From a virus (Duplodnaviria > Caudoviricetes), in the IMG/VR virus record IMGVR_UViG_3300036979_000299, positions 1 through 50,599 of that record: a stretch of DNA of 50,599 nucleotides; one strand, 5' to 3'. The notes below the pieces were generated by a model. The model was not told the origin of the DNA. It was given only the letters and a program-made list of their open reading frames with translations, and ran no database searches. The translations under genes were made by a program, and so were the position numbers. Numbering within the stretch: position 1 is the stretch's first letter; every line of letters begins with the position of its first letter. Below, in pieces: positions 41,323 to 50,599 of this stretch.

Positions 41323-42507
41323 TTACACGCCCGCCGGGATCAGATCCCACTGTGTTTCGGGAATGCCGTTGAAGGTCGGAGGAGTTGTCCCATCGAGGGA
41401 GTACGCGCCCGCGACCCAGTTGCGCCAGTTGCGAACCAGGAAACCCCAGCTCTCTTCGTAGGAGCAGAAGTACGCCCGGTTGTCTTCGTCCCGGTAGTAA
41501 GCCCACGGATCTTCCGTCTTGCTCACATCCAGAACATTGATGCCGCCCGACTTCGCCTTGCCCAGGAACCACGTATGCGGAACCAGGAACGGGCTGTCCA
41601 CGAGCTGCACGTTGAACCCTTCGACGTTCACGAAGATGTTCTCCCGGTTGGAGACCAACTGGAAGGCGCGTTGCTGCTCGATGAACCGGGACTTCAGAAT
41701 TTCGTTCCAACGGGGAACGTCATAGCTGGAGACAAGGAGGGTGTCGGGCTTCTGGAAGAAGCGGACATCGTTCTCGTCGAATGCCATGTTCATGCAGTAG
41801 TGCGTCCACACGCGCTTCAGCGCCCAGTAGCTAGGAGCCAGACTGAATGCGTTGAAGTAACCGCCCGTGTCCGGAACCGCCGCCGCCATGTCCGTGCAGG
41901 TGCCGACAGCCATGCTGCCGGGACCAGCCACAGCGCCCGCAGAATAGGACGGGTGGGGGGCTCCAGGAGCCGCGAACAGCGCCACGCCGTCATACTGCAA
42001 CCCGGTCGCCGGAAGATCCGCCAACCCACCGGAACGAAGCCGATGGTTGAAGAACGGATTACCAGCCGCGATGCCGCCCAGGTTGAAGATGTCAGCCGAC
42101 AGCTTCTGCCACTTGGTCTTTTTGCGCGAGAGGAACGCCCGACCGATGGTGTCGGCCAAGTACCCGGCGAACCGGGCCTCATCCACGCCATCCGCCGTGC
42201 GGAACTCACGGGACCGCTGCTCCATCTCTTTCGAGATGTTGACCTTGCCGGACGCTTCGATGGCCTGACTGCCATAGCAAACGTAGCCGGTGGTCATGTT
42301 CTTTTGCACGATGGGTGCGGCTTCCTGCCGACCCGACAGTTCGCCCATGGGCACCAGGGAGTATTCCTTCGTCCACAGACCGTCGATGGGCTTGCGGGAG
42401 AGAATGTCCTCGATGACATTGTCGAACTCCCGGTTATCGTTTAGGGCCAGGTTGACTGCGTACAGTTCCTCACGGAACAGTTCAGGGAATTGAACACTGA
42501 GTAACAT
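41323..42507 (-). CDS. Major capsid protein (HK97 fold, Mu gpT-like)
   Basis: 394 aa, YDGVALF...HP, KPDTLLV, VDSPFL...WFL, G..VRNWR; strongest codon bias, position after scaffold. Confidence 0.85.
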   Translation of the reverse strand: MLLSVQFPELFREELYAVNLALNDNREFDNVIEDILSRKPIDGLWTKEYSLVPMGELSGRQEAAPIVQKNMTTGYVCYGSQAIEASGKVNISKEMEQRSREFRTADGVDEARFAGYLADTIGRAFLSRKKTKWQKLSADIFNLGGIAAGNPFFNHRLRSGGLADLPATGLQYDGVALFAAPGAPHPSYSAGAVAGPGSMAVGTCTDMAAAVPDTGGYFNAFSLAPSYWALKRVWTHYCMNMAFDENDVRFFQKPDTLLVSSYDVPRWNEILKSRFIEQQRAFQLVSNRENIFVNVEGFNVQLVDSPFLVPHTWFLGKAKSGGINVLDVSKTEDPWAYYRDEDNRAYFCSYEESWGFLVRNWRNWVAGAYSLDGTTPPTFNGIPETQWDLIPAGV

Positions 42508-42540
42508 GATCGTCTCCTAATGTTGACGTTGTTGTTCGGC

Positions 42541-43050
42541 CTACCGATTTCCGTACCGGAGATCCGGGGGAACCATGCAAGCCACCCACATAGCGTCACG
42601 AGTGACGATCTGGGATATTCGGAGGACACCCTTGGTTGACGCGCCAAGATTCACGTATTGAATCCCGGTTGCATCCACGTAGATGTCGTAATCTTTCCCG
42701 ATGTCAGCCGTTACCGCTGCCCGGCCAGTCGTGGGGAACACGAACGCCTTTTCCAGCGAGTGGTTGACGGGGAGTTCATCGCCCGCGCTCACGGAGACGG
42801 GCTTACCAGTTGTCGCTACTCCAACTTCCTCCACCTCAGCGAAACCCGCGAGGTTGGACGAAGCCGCTGTAGCAGCCTGGTAGTAGTGGTGTTTGTCCAC
42901 GGCCTTACCACCCCGACGACGGAAGATCGTCCCAGCGGCAAAGGCGTTCCACAGAATCCGATCCGGCCCCGTGTGAGCAGAGACGTTCGGATCATTTTCA
43001 GTCGGCATCAACTCTGGCATAATGCTCCTGTCAGCCCAGGAGCATGACAC
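42541..43050 (-). CDS. Capsid-associated (cement/decoration-like) protein
   Basis: Between scaffold and MCP; LAGFA, VTADIGKDYDI; start may be 43020. Confidence 0.6.
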   Translation of the reverse strand: MSCSWADRSIMPELMPTENDPNVSAHTGPDRILWNAFAAGTIFRRRGGKAVDKHHYYQAATAASSNLAGFAEVEEVGVATTGKPVSVSAGDELPVNHSLEKAFVFPTTGRAAVTADIGKDYDIYVDATGIQYVNLGASTKGVLRISQIVTRDAMWVACMVPPDLRYGNR

Positions 43051-43880
43051 TACCGTGCGGTGTAGGCTTCTTTCTTAGCCAACGCCCGACGATACAAGTC
43101 CACGCGGTCAAGCGGTATCCTGAGGGCTCTCATGCCCTTGATCTCATCAGCCGTTGCCGGTTTCGTTTCAGATGCTTTGCCCGAGCCCACGGAGTAATCC
43201 CCGGCTCCGACCCCACCGCGTGACTTCACTTGAGAAGCCGCCGCCGCATCAGCCGAACCGTTTCCACCTGAACTCTGAGCCGTTCGGAACTTCTCAAGGT
43301 TCTCACCCATGTAGGTATGAGTCACGACCTTGATCGTTTCCGGATTCGCTCTATCCAGGGGGGACATCCCCGACATCTTCGCTCGGATCGCCGACCTGTC
43401 CGAATCGTCCAACGACTTGAAACCAGACACCACTTCGTTGAAGACCTTGTCACCATCTGCTTGTGCTCGGGCAGTCTGTTCCATCTTGAGAACATCGACT
43501 TGGTACAACCTGGAGACTTCCATCTGAACCAACTTATTGTTGGAATCAGAGATTCCCACAGCTTGCATGGCTCGAACGTTCAACTGGTCCAGGTAAGCCT
43601 GAGCCTGAGCATTGCGATCTCCGGTAGTCTGCGGGGTCTGAGTGGCGGCTGACTCGGTGTGGGTCCGCTCTTTTTCCTTGGACAACTCTTCAATCACTCC
43701 CTTAGCCATCTTCAACGTACCACGAAGACTGTGCCACGCTCTCGCAGCTTTCCTCTTCGATTCTTCGTCCTGGGTGCCCTGATCCTGTGCCTCGACAAAG
43801 TCGGGGGTGGTTTCAGAGTCCAGGTCCATTTCAGACAACTGTTTCAGAATTTCCTTCGGATCGCCCACAGGGTTTGGCAT
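43050..43880 (-). CDS. Capsid scaffolding protein
   Basis: Charged helical protein upstream of MCP; AGGAG RBS before MPNPVG. Confidence 0.7.
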   Translation of the reverse strand: MPNPVGDPKEILKQLSEMDLDSETTPDFVEAQDQGTQDEESKRKAARAWHSLRGTLKMAKGVIEELSKEKERTHTESAATQTPQTTGDRNAQAQAYLDQLNVRAMQAVGISDSNNKLVQMEVSRLYQVDVLKMEQTARAQADGDKVFNEVVSGFKSLDDSDRSAIRAKMSGMSPLDRANPETIKVVTHTYMGENLEKFRTAQSSGGNGSADAAAASQVKSRGGVGAGDYSVGSGKASETKPATADEIKGMRALRIPLDRVDLYRRALAKKEAYTAR

Positions 43881-43976
43881 GACTGCTCCTGCTACTTGTA
43901 CGCTTTCGCGTCGTTGTGTGTTTCTCGTTCCCCACAATGGGTCACTCAAACACCAGTATCATACGGGATTCGATAT

Positions 43977-44396
43977 CTACTCCGCAACCTTTATTTCACT
44001 TGACTTCTTCTTCTCAGTCCACCCCTTTTTCTGCTCTGCTGATCCTATCATTTTTTCATACTCTTCCAGGGTCTTCTTCAGCCTGTCTGGATCGCACTTA
44101 ATCTGCAACCACACACGCTTCTCACCCTTGACCGTAGCCAGATACTCCGCTGCCGATGCCGGGTCCATGCCTAGTTCGTGCGATGTCATGGACAGCGTTC
44201 GGTCGCATCGGGCGATCATGGGGTCCACCAGCTTGAGCACGATCTGACCTTGCTCGGTCTGGAGGTAGTCCCGGTATCGGTTGTACTGATCCTGAATGTT
44301 GCTGCGGTGGATGAACAGGGTGTCATCCTTTTTCGCCGCCACATCCAATGGACTCTGAAGCATGGACGGATTGACGTTCGTTCCTCGGAGTATCAT
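43977..44396 (-). CDS. Hypothetical protein downstream of portal
   Basis: GGAGGTG RBS, 139 aa. Confidence 0.7.
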   Translation of the reverse strand: MILRGTNVNPSMLQSPLDVAAKKDDTLFIHRSNIQDQYNRYRDYLQTEQGQIVLKLVDPMIARCDRTLSMTSHELGMDPASAAEYLATVKGEKRVWLQIKCDPDRLKKTLEEYEKMIGSAEQKKGWTEKKKSSEIKVAE

Positions 44397-46624
44397 CCTT
44401 CACCTCCCATGACTTGCTGAAGCGTCTCCGCTTCCTGTTGTGCCTCGGGGTTGGGTTGAGCCTGTTCTCCCCCCTGACCCTGCTCGGACATGACTTCCGG
44501 AGCCTGTCCACTCCGGAGGGATGTCATCATGTTCTGCGTCATCCCCTGCATCTGCTCCGGATTCATGGCCACCATCTCAGCTTCGGACGGGATCAGGTAT
44601 CGGAAGCCCCGGATATCCATGACCTGAGCGGCCAGCCGCATCCACCGGAAGAAGTACTTCTTGTAGAGTTCCGGATTGAACTGAGCAATACCCTGAAGCA
44701 TGGGCGTGAAGAACTGGAGCTGCCTCATAAACGTCTCTTCCCGAACCTGAGCGTTGATGTACTGAGACGCCGCCTGTGACTTCCACTTGAGCGGCTTCGC
44801 CAGTTCTTCCAATGTGATCCGATTGACCTGTTCCAACTCGGGCTGTGTTCCGGGAAAGATGATCTTGTTCAGAATCTCCATCTCTTCATTGTAGACCGCC
44901 ATCTCGTAGAACCCCTGCCACACCCAGTTGGCCAGCCGTTCCCATGAACGATTCCAATCGTCGATCATTCCCTCGATACCAATGTTGGCCTGCTGTAGCA
45001 ACAGTCCGGTCTTGGCAGCCGGGGACCGGGGATCGGTTGAGTCCGTGTTCCCCTGCATGAGCGACGTGATACTGGTTCGATTGGCCGCTCTCTGTTGAGT
45101 CAGGGGGAGCAGCACGTTCAAGAGCATGGGGCTGGGTGGAGGAACCTCCAGGGCCTTCACGTCGTTGATCGTCTTCACGTACCCGACCTTGAATGGACCG
45201 ATGCCATCCTTGAACGGAACGTACCCACCGTCATCCGGATGAACGGACAGCAGCGGACGGAAGCAAGCCATCGCCGCTGAGTCCAGGGTCAAGTCCACCG
45301 CGTTGGACTCCAGGAAGTCCTCGTTGATTAGCCGGGCTCCGAATCCGAATCCCCAATAACTCTTCGGCTTCACACCCATCTTGAAGTGGAAGTAGCAGGG
45401 AGTCTCCGTGAAATGCGGATAGGTCTTGGCCCGGAGGATCTTCCTGCTCTCGGGCTCGATGTCGATCATCACGTACTTGGGAATCAGTCCCCTGGGATCG
45501 CTCTTCGTCTTGTACCCGTACTTGCACAGCACCCGGTACACCGCGAACGTGTTCTTGTACGGAGCGTTCTTCACATCTCCACCCAAGCTGTCCGATTCGG
45601 ACTGCCAATCGTAGCAGAGATCCCAGACGTTCTGTAGCGACACCTCGTCCTTGGCGGCATCCTCTCCGGTGCTCACACCACTCTGGGAAAGGCTTCGGTT
45701 CAACCGGCGCATGGTCCGCTTGTTCAGAACTTCTTCGATGTCCTTGCGCTCATACCAGCCCACGCCCCTGGATGACAGGAGCATGAGATCGTTTTCCGTC
45801 AGGTACATCCGACGGGCGCGGAACTTGATGTCCCGATCTTCGAGAACATTCGGTGGAATCAAGTGGTCAATCTTGTCCACCTTGAAGAACTGCATTCCGT
45901 TCTTCGTGACCACGTCCGCTTCCACCAACATCCGGGCGGGTCGCCCATCCGCGATGGTCTGCTGCGCGGCGATGTAGTCCGCGTCATCCAAACACTTGTC
46001 CTGATCCTCCGCCAACTTTTCGGCGGTCAGGTACGTCCGGATCACCCGCTGGGGAACCTTTTCGTACATCGTGTCCGCTTCCAGAATGAGCGATCCATCC
46101 AGGATGAACTCGAACAGACCGTCCGTCCCGATCACATCCCGGAGATCCAGATCGTTCTCCAGAATCGTCTGCATGAACCATTCCGCCCGGTGGATGAACT
46201 CGATCTCAGACACGTTGGAGATCTTCTCGTTCACACAGAACCACGGCTGGGGCGCGAACAGACCCAAGCGCAATCGGTCAATCCCCTCAACCACCCGCTC
46301 GAACAAGAGACCGGAAGTGAAGTTAGCTCCCAATCCCATGCTGGGGTAAAACTTCTCCACGTACTCCAAAGCGTACACCGCCCGGTACAACGCCCACTGG
46401 TTACGAATCGAATCCACGTTCTGAACACACGCCTTGAGATCCCGGATCAACCAGGTGGCGATATCTTCCTTCGCCGAATCGGTCAGATCCAACGAGGGAA
46501 AGAAGTCCTCGAACATCTTATCCCTGCCAGGGGGGGCTGACTGGGGCTGTTCGGTCTCCGGAGCGAACGACTCGGGTGTTGGGGTGGGTGTTTCTTCCAT
46601 GGCATCCTGGGGCATCGTAGGCAT
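44393..46624 (-). CDS. Portal protein
   Basis: 743 aa directly after TerL; YWGFGFG...L, ITSLMQG, Q/M-rich C-terminus like podoviral portals. Confidence 0.85.
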   Translation of the reverse strand: MPTMPQDAMEETPTPTPESFAPETEQPQSAPPGRDKMFEDFFPSLDLTDSAKEDIATWLIRDLKACVQNVDSIRNQWALYRAVYALEYVEKFYPSMGLGANFTSGLLFERVVEGIDRLRLGLFAPQPWFCVNEKISNVSEIEFIHRAEWFMQTILENDLDLRDVIGTDGLFEFILDGSLILEADTMYEKVPQRVIRTYLTAEKLAEDQDKCLDDADYIAAQQTIADGRPARMLVEADVVTKNGMQFFKVDKIDHLIPPNVLEDRDIKFRARRMYLTENDLMLLSSRGVGWYERKDIEEVLNKRTMRRLNRSLSQSGVSTGEDAAKDEVSLQNVWDLCYDWQSESDSLGGDVKNAPYKNTFAVYRVLCKYGYKTKSDPRGLIPKYVMIDIEPESRKILRAKTYPHFTETPCYFHFKMGVKPKSYWGFGFGARLINEDFLESNAVDLTLDSAAMACFRPLLSVHPDDGGYVPFKDGIGPFKVGYVKTINDVKALEVPPPSPMLLNVLLPLTQQRAANRTSITSLMQGNTDSTDPRSPAAKTGLLLQQANIGIEGMIDDWNRSWERLANWVWQGFYEMAVYNEEMEILNKIIFPGTQPELEQVNRITLEELAKPLKWKSQAASQYINAQVREETFMRQLQFFTPMLQGIAQFNPELYKKYFFRWMRLAAQVMDIRGFRYLIPSEAEMVAMNPEQMQGMTQNMMTSLRSGQAPEVMSEQGQGGEQAQPNPEAQQEAETLQQVMGGEG

Positions 46625-48594
46625 TACCTGTACCTCCTAAGGGCTTCGTCTTTCGACAGCGGGTTGTACCGGGTGGGGGAAGCCGAGGGCTTTGCGCCCC
46701 GGTACTCTTCCATCACCTGCATCTCGTGAGCCACCCGCTTCTTGTTCAGCGGTTCATGGAACACGGGGGTCTCAGCAACTATCTTGGTGGCAATGCTGGC
46801 TGCCATCACGCGGTCATCGGTGTGTCCGGGTAGAGCAATCAATCGGCCCCGGCTGTCGATGAAGTGCATCATCTCGTTCAGCAAGTCAATGCTGTGAACC
46901 AGGCACTTCCCATTCTTGAAATCCTGTCTAAGCTGGCCGCACACATCCTTCTTGTTCCCCACAGTGGTCTGCCAACCGTACTCCCGCTTGATCTGCTGGT
47001 TGGCGATCTTGCTTCGGGTGTAGATGTGAGTGTACCCAGCCTTCTCGATGTTGGCGCGGAGAAGTCCTCCGCACTTGTTGTTCATCTCGGGAGCCAGCAG
47101 CGCCTTGTTGTAGTAGATAGCAATCATCACGGCGTAGGAAGCCGCCATCTCTTCGTCGAACAAGCCGCCCCACTCCGCCACTTGCTCCAGCCGATAGGGA
47201 TCGAACACCTCGACGATGGAGTTGTCGCTCGTGTACTCGGTGGACTTGATTCCTTCAGCCACATCCACGACCACCAGGTACTTCCTACCCGGCTGTGGAC
47301 TCCGGTAGATCTCCAGCGCACCCTCGCTCATCTTGGCCGTGTCATCCTGCGAGAAAGTGATGCTATCCCGGGTGGCACTCAAAAATCCCCGGATCGGCAT
47401 TACGTTGTCCTGTTCCAGAGCGACCCAGGCTTCGCGAGCACCACGCGGGTGATTGACAATGGACTGAATGTGCTTGGGATACATCTTCTTAACGGCGTCC
47501 AGCGCCAGCTTCTTGAAGTCCCGGTAGAACTTGATCGTCTCCATCCTGTCCTGAACGGCCTCGACGTTGAAGTAGTTCGTGCCTGTGGTCAGGAACGGTT
47601 CGGAACTGTTCAAGGGGAAATCCTGCCGGAACGCGGACTCAGATCCCAACATGTCGATCTGCTTCCGACGAAACTTTATGTGGCCCGATCTGAGTTCGTA
47701 AGTCTCCAGCAGCTTCTTCTCGTCCAGTGTGTACTCCAACTCCTCCCCTGTTCCCAAAGACTCTTCGCAGTCAGGGGAGTCCTTCCACGAGATGAAGATG
47801 AACTCCCACTTCCCATCGCCCTTCTCCGCTTCCCGGCAATCGTCCGCGAACTTGTTGAGACCGAACGCGGTGGATTCTTTGCACACAAACGCGAACCCGG
47901 TTCGTGGGACTGAGTTGAGCAGGGAAGTCTCCGCCGTGCGCTGCGCTCCCTCACGCCACTTCGAGTTCTCGGACATGTGCACGACATTGATCGTGCCTGA
48001 TGTTCCTGGGTTGGGATTCTCCCCGGAGTCCTGTTCAACCACGGAACCATTCGACAACTTGATTCCGGACTTCGCCTTGGGCATGGGAACGCGCTTGGGA
48101 GGCCAATGCGATTCGATGGGCGATCCAGCGCCACACAGATCCCGTTCCTGAAAGAGTTCGATCATCGACGTGATGTTGCTGGTGTGAGAACTCAGATCGG
48201 CAATGACGAACACGCCGATGTTGGCAACGAACCGGGCGAACCAATAATCGAATCCGGCGATCAGAGTGGAGATTCCGACCTTGCGATGCTTCAGGACAAG
48301 AACTTGAACTCGGGTCCACGGGTCCGGGACCAGATGAGCGCAAATCTTGTCGGCAATCTTGAGCTGGTTCGGATTCAGTTTGAACTGGACGATACCTACT
48401 CCGTCCGATCCACCGGACAACTCACCAGCCCGAATGTACCCGTAATTCTCCATCCAGTAGACCGGATGGATTTTCGAGATCTCAAACTCGGTCTGCTGCA
48501 CAGTCCATGATTTCGCTGCCTTGGACGCAAGGAGTCGTGACACCTTGCGATCCAGGGCCGCGAGATTGGGGTACTGCTTGACAGAGTAACTCAT
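46624..48594 (-). CDS. terL: Terminase large subunit
   Basis: LNPNQ, LKHRKVGIST Walker A, VHMSE, ESTA, VVDVAEG, APEMN, HTDDRVMA. Confidence 0.95.
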   Translation of the reverse strand: MSYSVKQYPNLAALDRKVSRLLASKAAKSWTVQQTEFEISKIHPVYWMENYGYIRAGELSGGSDGVGIVQFKLNPNQLKIADKICAHLVPDPWTRVQVLVLKHRKVGISTLIAGFDYWFARFVANIGVFVIADLSSHTSNITSMIELFQERDLCGAGSPIESHWPPKRVPMPKAKSGIKLSNGSVVEQDSGENPNPGTSGTINVVHMSENSKWREGAQRTAETSLLNSVPRTGFAFVCKESTAFGLNKFADDCREAEKGDGKWEFIFISWKDSPDCEESLGTGEELEYTLDEKKLLETYELRSGHIKFRRKQIDMLGSESAFRQDFPLNSSEPFLTTGTNYFNVEAVQDRMETIKFYRDFKKLALDAVKKMYPKHIQSIVNHPRGAREAWVALEQDNVMPIRGFLSATRDSITFSQDDTAKMSEGALEIYRSPQPGRKYLVVVDVAEGIKSTEYTSDNSIVEVFDPYRLEQVAEWGGLFDEEMAASYAVMIAIYYNKALLAPEMNNKCGGLLRANIEKAGYTHIYTRSKIANQQIKREYGWQTTVGNKKDVCGQLRQDFKNGKCLVHSIDLLNEMMHFIDSRGRLIALPGHTDDRVMAASIATKIVAETPVFHEPLNKKRVAHEMQVMEEYRGAKPSASPTRYNPLSKDEALRRYR

Positions 48595-48720
48595 CGACTC
48601 TTCTTCGGTTTGCTCGATCCAGCCAGAGGCTTGGTGTACGAGAAACAATTTGCCGCCATCGTCTTGATCGACTTGGCTTTCCCGGATTTGCTGTCAGTTT
48701 TTTTCTTCATGGTTGATCCC

Positions 48721-48882
48721 TTACGGAAGGACCGGCGGTGTGCCGGTCGTGAATACTTGTTCCAGCATGGCAGCCGTTTGGTCAAGGGTCAGATCCCCAT
48801 CTGCCACAGCCTGCTCCGTGGCTGCCCACTGCGTGTCCAACTCACTCGATGTCATTTGCGATACATCACTTGGTAGTGGCAT
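48721..48882 (-). CDS. Small acidic protein, 53 aa (not in ORF track)
   Basis: MPLPSDVSQM...PPVLP*; GGAGG RBS. Confidence 0.55.
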   Translation of the reverse strand: MPLPSDVSQMTSSELDTQWAATEQAVADGDLTLDQTAAMLEQVFTTGTPPVLP

Positions 48883-49276
48883 AACCGCCTCCATCTCGCA
48901 TATAAATTCCCCTTTGGGATGGTTTGACGCCTACGTTCGTACTGCTGTCATAGTGCAGCACATACATACTTCCAAACTTCCCACCCTCGTATTCGCTCAA
49001 GTCGCGCCACAGGGGGGAGTCTTCAATTCCCGTGAAAATAATCCAGCTCTTGTCGGCCAGCACCCCCTTGTCTCTTAGCAGCCAGAACTGGTAGATGGCA
49101 TCCTCTCGGTTTCTCAGCCATATTACCTTCGGCTTTCTGTTTTCATCGACTCTGACCAGGTTGTTGATCTCGGTATCGGATTCAGCCGTTCGGATAACGG
49201 ACACATCTATACCCAAGGCGATCTCAACCAATGATAACACCAACACTCGGTACTTGTCAACCTCTCTTTTGCTCAT
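48866..49276 (-). CDS. Hypothetical protein at the end of the glycosyltransferase cluster
   Basis: MSKREVDKY...; ATGA-coupled to the GT2 gene. Confidence 0.6.
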   Translation of the reverse strand: MSKREVDKYRVLVLSLVEIALGIDVSVIRTAESDTEINNLVRVDENRKPKVIWLRNREDAIYQFWLLRDKGVLADKSWIIFTGIEDSPLWRDLSEYEGGKFGSMYVLHYDSSTNVGVKPSQRGIYMRDGGGYATTK

Positions 49277-49851
49277 GTCCATGGCTCCGTATTGTGTGGC
49301 CTGTAGTGGTACAGGCATTTCTCTCCCAAGAACACTTCCCGCTTCAACAGTCTGGAGTCGGCCATTGCCCGAGTCCAGAAATGATCCTCGCTGATTGTGA
49401 TGTCCCGATATTTGATCCTCCTTGCCAAATCCGTCCGGACCGGATTCAAGTGGTTTGGCTGTCGGTAATATGTCGGCACCCCACACTTGTCCGCCCGCTC
49501 CGTCCACACCGGGCACATGAGCGAATGAATGAACCTCCGCTCCATTACCCCACCCCACACAGCCTTCCCCCAAAACCCAATGCAGTCCACGTACTGCGTT
49601 TGCAGAATCCGCAAGATATCCTGAACGTATGTGTCCGAGACCCAATCGTCATCGTCCACGAAGACGGAGTACGTCCCGGTCGCCCGCATGAGCAAGGTAT
49701 TCCGCTTGAACCCGGTCGTGTGCTCCTTGTTGTCCTCATCCAACAGAACCTCAACCGGACTGTCGCTAATCTGTCGCTTCAGCTCACTCAGCAGGGGGGC
49801 TCGAAGCCTCGCTCGATCTGCCAAGGTCGGGATGAGAATGCTGAGAATCAT
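49273..49851 (-). CDS. Glycosyltransferase family 2
   Basis: MILSILIPT, GFKRN.L...ATG.Y..FVDDDD, SEDHFW. Confidence 0.9.
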   Translation of the reverse strand: MILSILIPTLADRARLRAPLLSELKRQISDSPVEVLLDEDNKEHTTGFKRNTLLMRATGTYSVFVDDDDWVSDTYVQDILRILQTQYVDCIGFWGKAVWGGVMERRFIHSLMCPVWTERADKCGVPTYYRQPNHLNPVRTDLARRIKYRDITISEDHFWTRAMADSRLLKREVFLGEKCLYHYRPHNTEPWT

Positions 49852-50504
49852 GTGGGCTCCTTGGGTGCGAACTTGTGGAACAACTCCACTCGCTTGTCGT
49901 TGCCAATCCCGGTCAGGTGGCACAAGAAGTTTCCCGGAACCCACGGGTCGATGGACTTGGGCTGAACTTCTTTCGGGACAGCGTTGAGCACACCGTGCGG
50001 TACAACTCGAACGCAGTCCCGCCACTCACAACTGGAATTGTACACCGCCCGCATGGCACCTTGGTCCGTTGTGCAGTTGTATTCCCACTGTGAGTATTCA
50101 GTCTTGGTCAAAGCCTCGTCCAGGAACCGGAACGACCGGGGACAATGCTTGGCGATGAACACTCCCGCTGAGAACATGTCGGTGTGAGGAGCCCCATACT
50201 CCCAATCGAAAGCGAACGTCAACCCCTCGAAGTATTCCGAGATCTTCCGGAAGTCCACGAGCGGATTGGTGACAACCACATCCATGTCCATCCACAGGAC
50301 CAAGTCATAGCCCAACAGTTCTCTCCTGACCAGTCCGAGTTTCTGCCACGAAGGGTGAGTGTCCGACTCATACTTGCGATTACACTTGAACGAGAACCCA
50401 TGCCGAGAGGCGTACTTCGCCATCAGATCCGATGTCAGGTCTCCGATCTTTGCCCCGGCATCGTTGTACCCAGTCAGAACCAAACAGTCCTTGGAGCTAA
50501 TCAT
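49848..50504 (-). CDS. Glycosyltransferase, GT34 (GMA12/MNN10)-like
   Basis: YASRHGF, PSWQKL, LWMDMDVVVTN, SAGVF, DQGAM, PGNFLCHLTG. Confidence 0.85.
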   Translation of the reverse strand: MISSKDCLVLTGYNDAGAKIGDLTSDLMAKYASRHGFSFKCNRKYESDTHPSWQKLGLVRRELLGYDLVLWMDMDVVVTNPLVDFRKISEYFEGLTFAFDWEYGAPHTDMFSAGVFIAKHCPRSFRFLDEALTKTEYSQWEYNCTTDQGAMRAVYNSSCEWRDCVRVVPHGVLNAVPKEVQPKSIDPWVPGNFLCHLTGIGNDKRVELFHKFAPKEPT

Positions 50505-50508
50505 TTGA

Positions 50509-50599
50509 CCCCCCAATTCACCAGCTTTCTCTTCTCGAACAACTGTCTCCCCCACGACATTTTGTCTTGGCTGTTCTCTGCGGCGTATGTCGCGTCCCA
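50509..50599. repeat. 91-bp terminal direct repeat, right copy
   Basis: Identical to 1-91. Confidence 0.97.

Noticed and set aside
41251-42444. 397-aa plus-strand ORF opposite the major capsid gene
   Set aside because: Antisense open frame expected from strong codon bias; no RBS or motif support
1-50599. Alternative genetic code, tRNA genes, integrase/repressor module
   Set aside because: Core genes are full length under the standard code; no cloverleaf or recombinase motif recognised by eye, though tRNAscan and HMM searches were not run

Overview
The window is a complete, circularly assembled tailed dsDNA phage genome of 50,508 bp. Bases 1-91 repeat at 50509-50599, and a glycosyltransferase gene missing from the ORF track reads across that join. 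Two divergent arms start from a repeat-rich noncoding region at about 5240-5980. The rightward arm (6.0-24.8 kb) carries small early genes, a RuvC-like resolvase, an internally deleted C5 methyltransferase, an SNF2-type helicase, a Cas4-like exonuclease/Sak4-like ATPase/SSB module, an MT-A70 methyltransferase, primase, family-4 UDG and a divergent family A polymerase. The leftward arm carries a RepA-like helicase, an HTH (TerS-like) protein, four glycosyltransferases, TerL, portal, scaffold, major capsid, adaptor, nozzle-like and fibre genes, and two ejection-type proteins, giving a podovirus-like layout. I recognised no integrase, tRNA, CRISPR array, reverse transcriptase or canonical endolysin. 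Main leads: (1) signal peptides on two TN-rich virion-module proteins together with the glycosyltransferase cluster; (2) an early gene enclosed by 23-bp inverted repeats behind a boxA-like site; (3) five copies of an AAGTAAAG-N3/4-CTTTACTT palindrome; (4) two families of RBS-containing junction repeats delimiting small genes; (5) an apparently split nozzle with two paralogous N-terminal modules; (6) an 815-nt same-strand overlap of two ORFs. All function calls come from motif recognition and gene order, without database searches.
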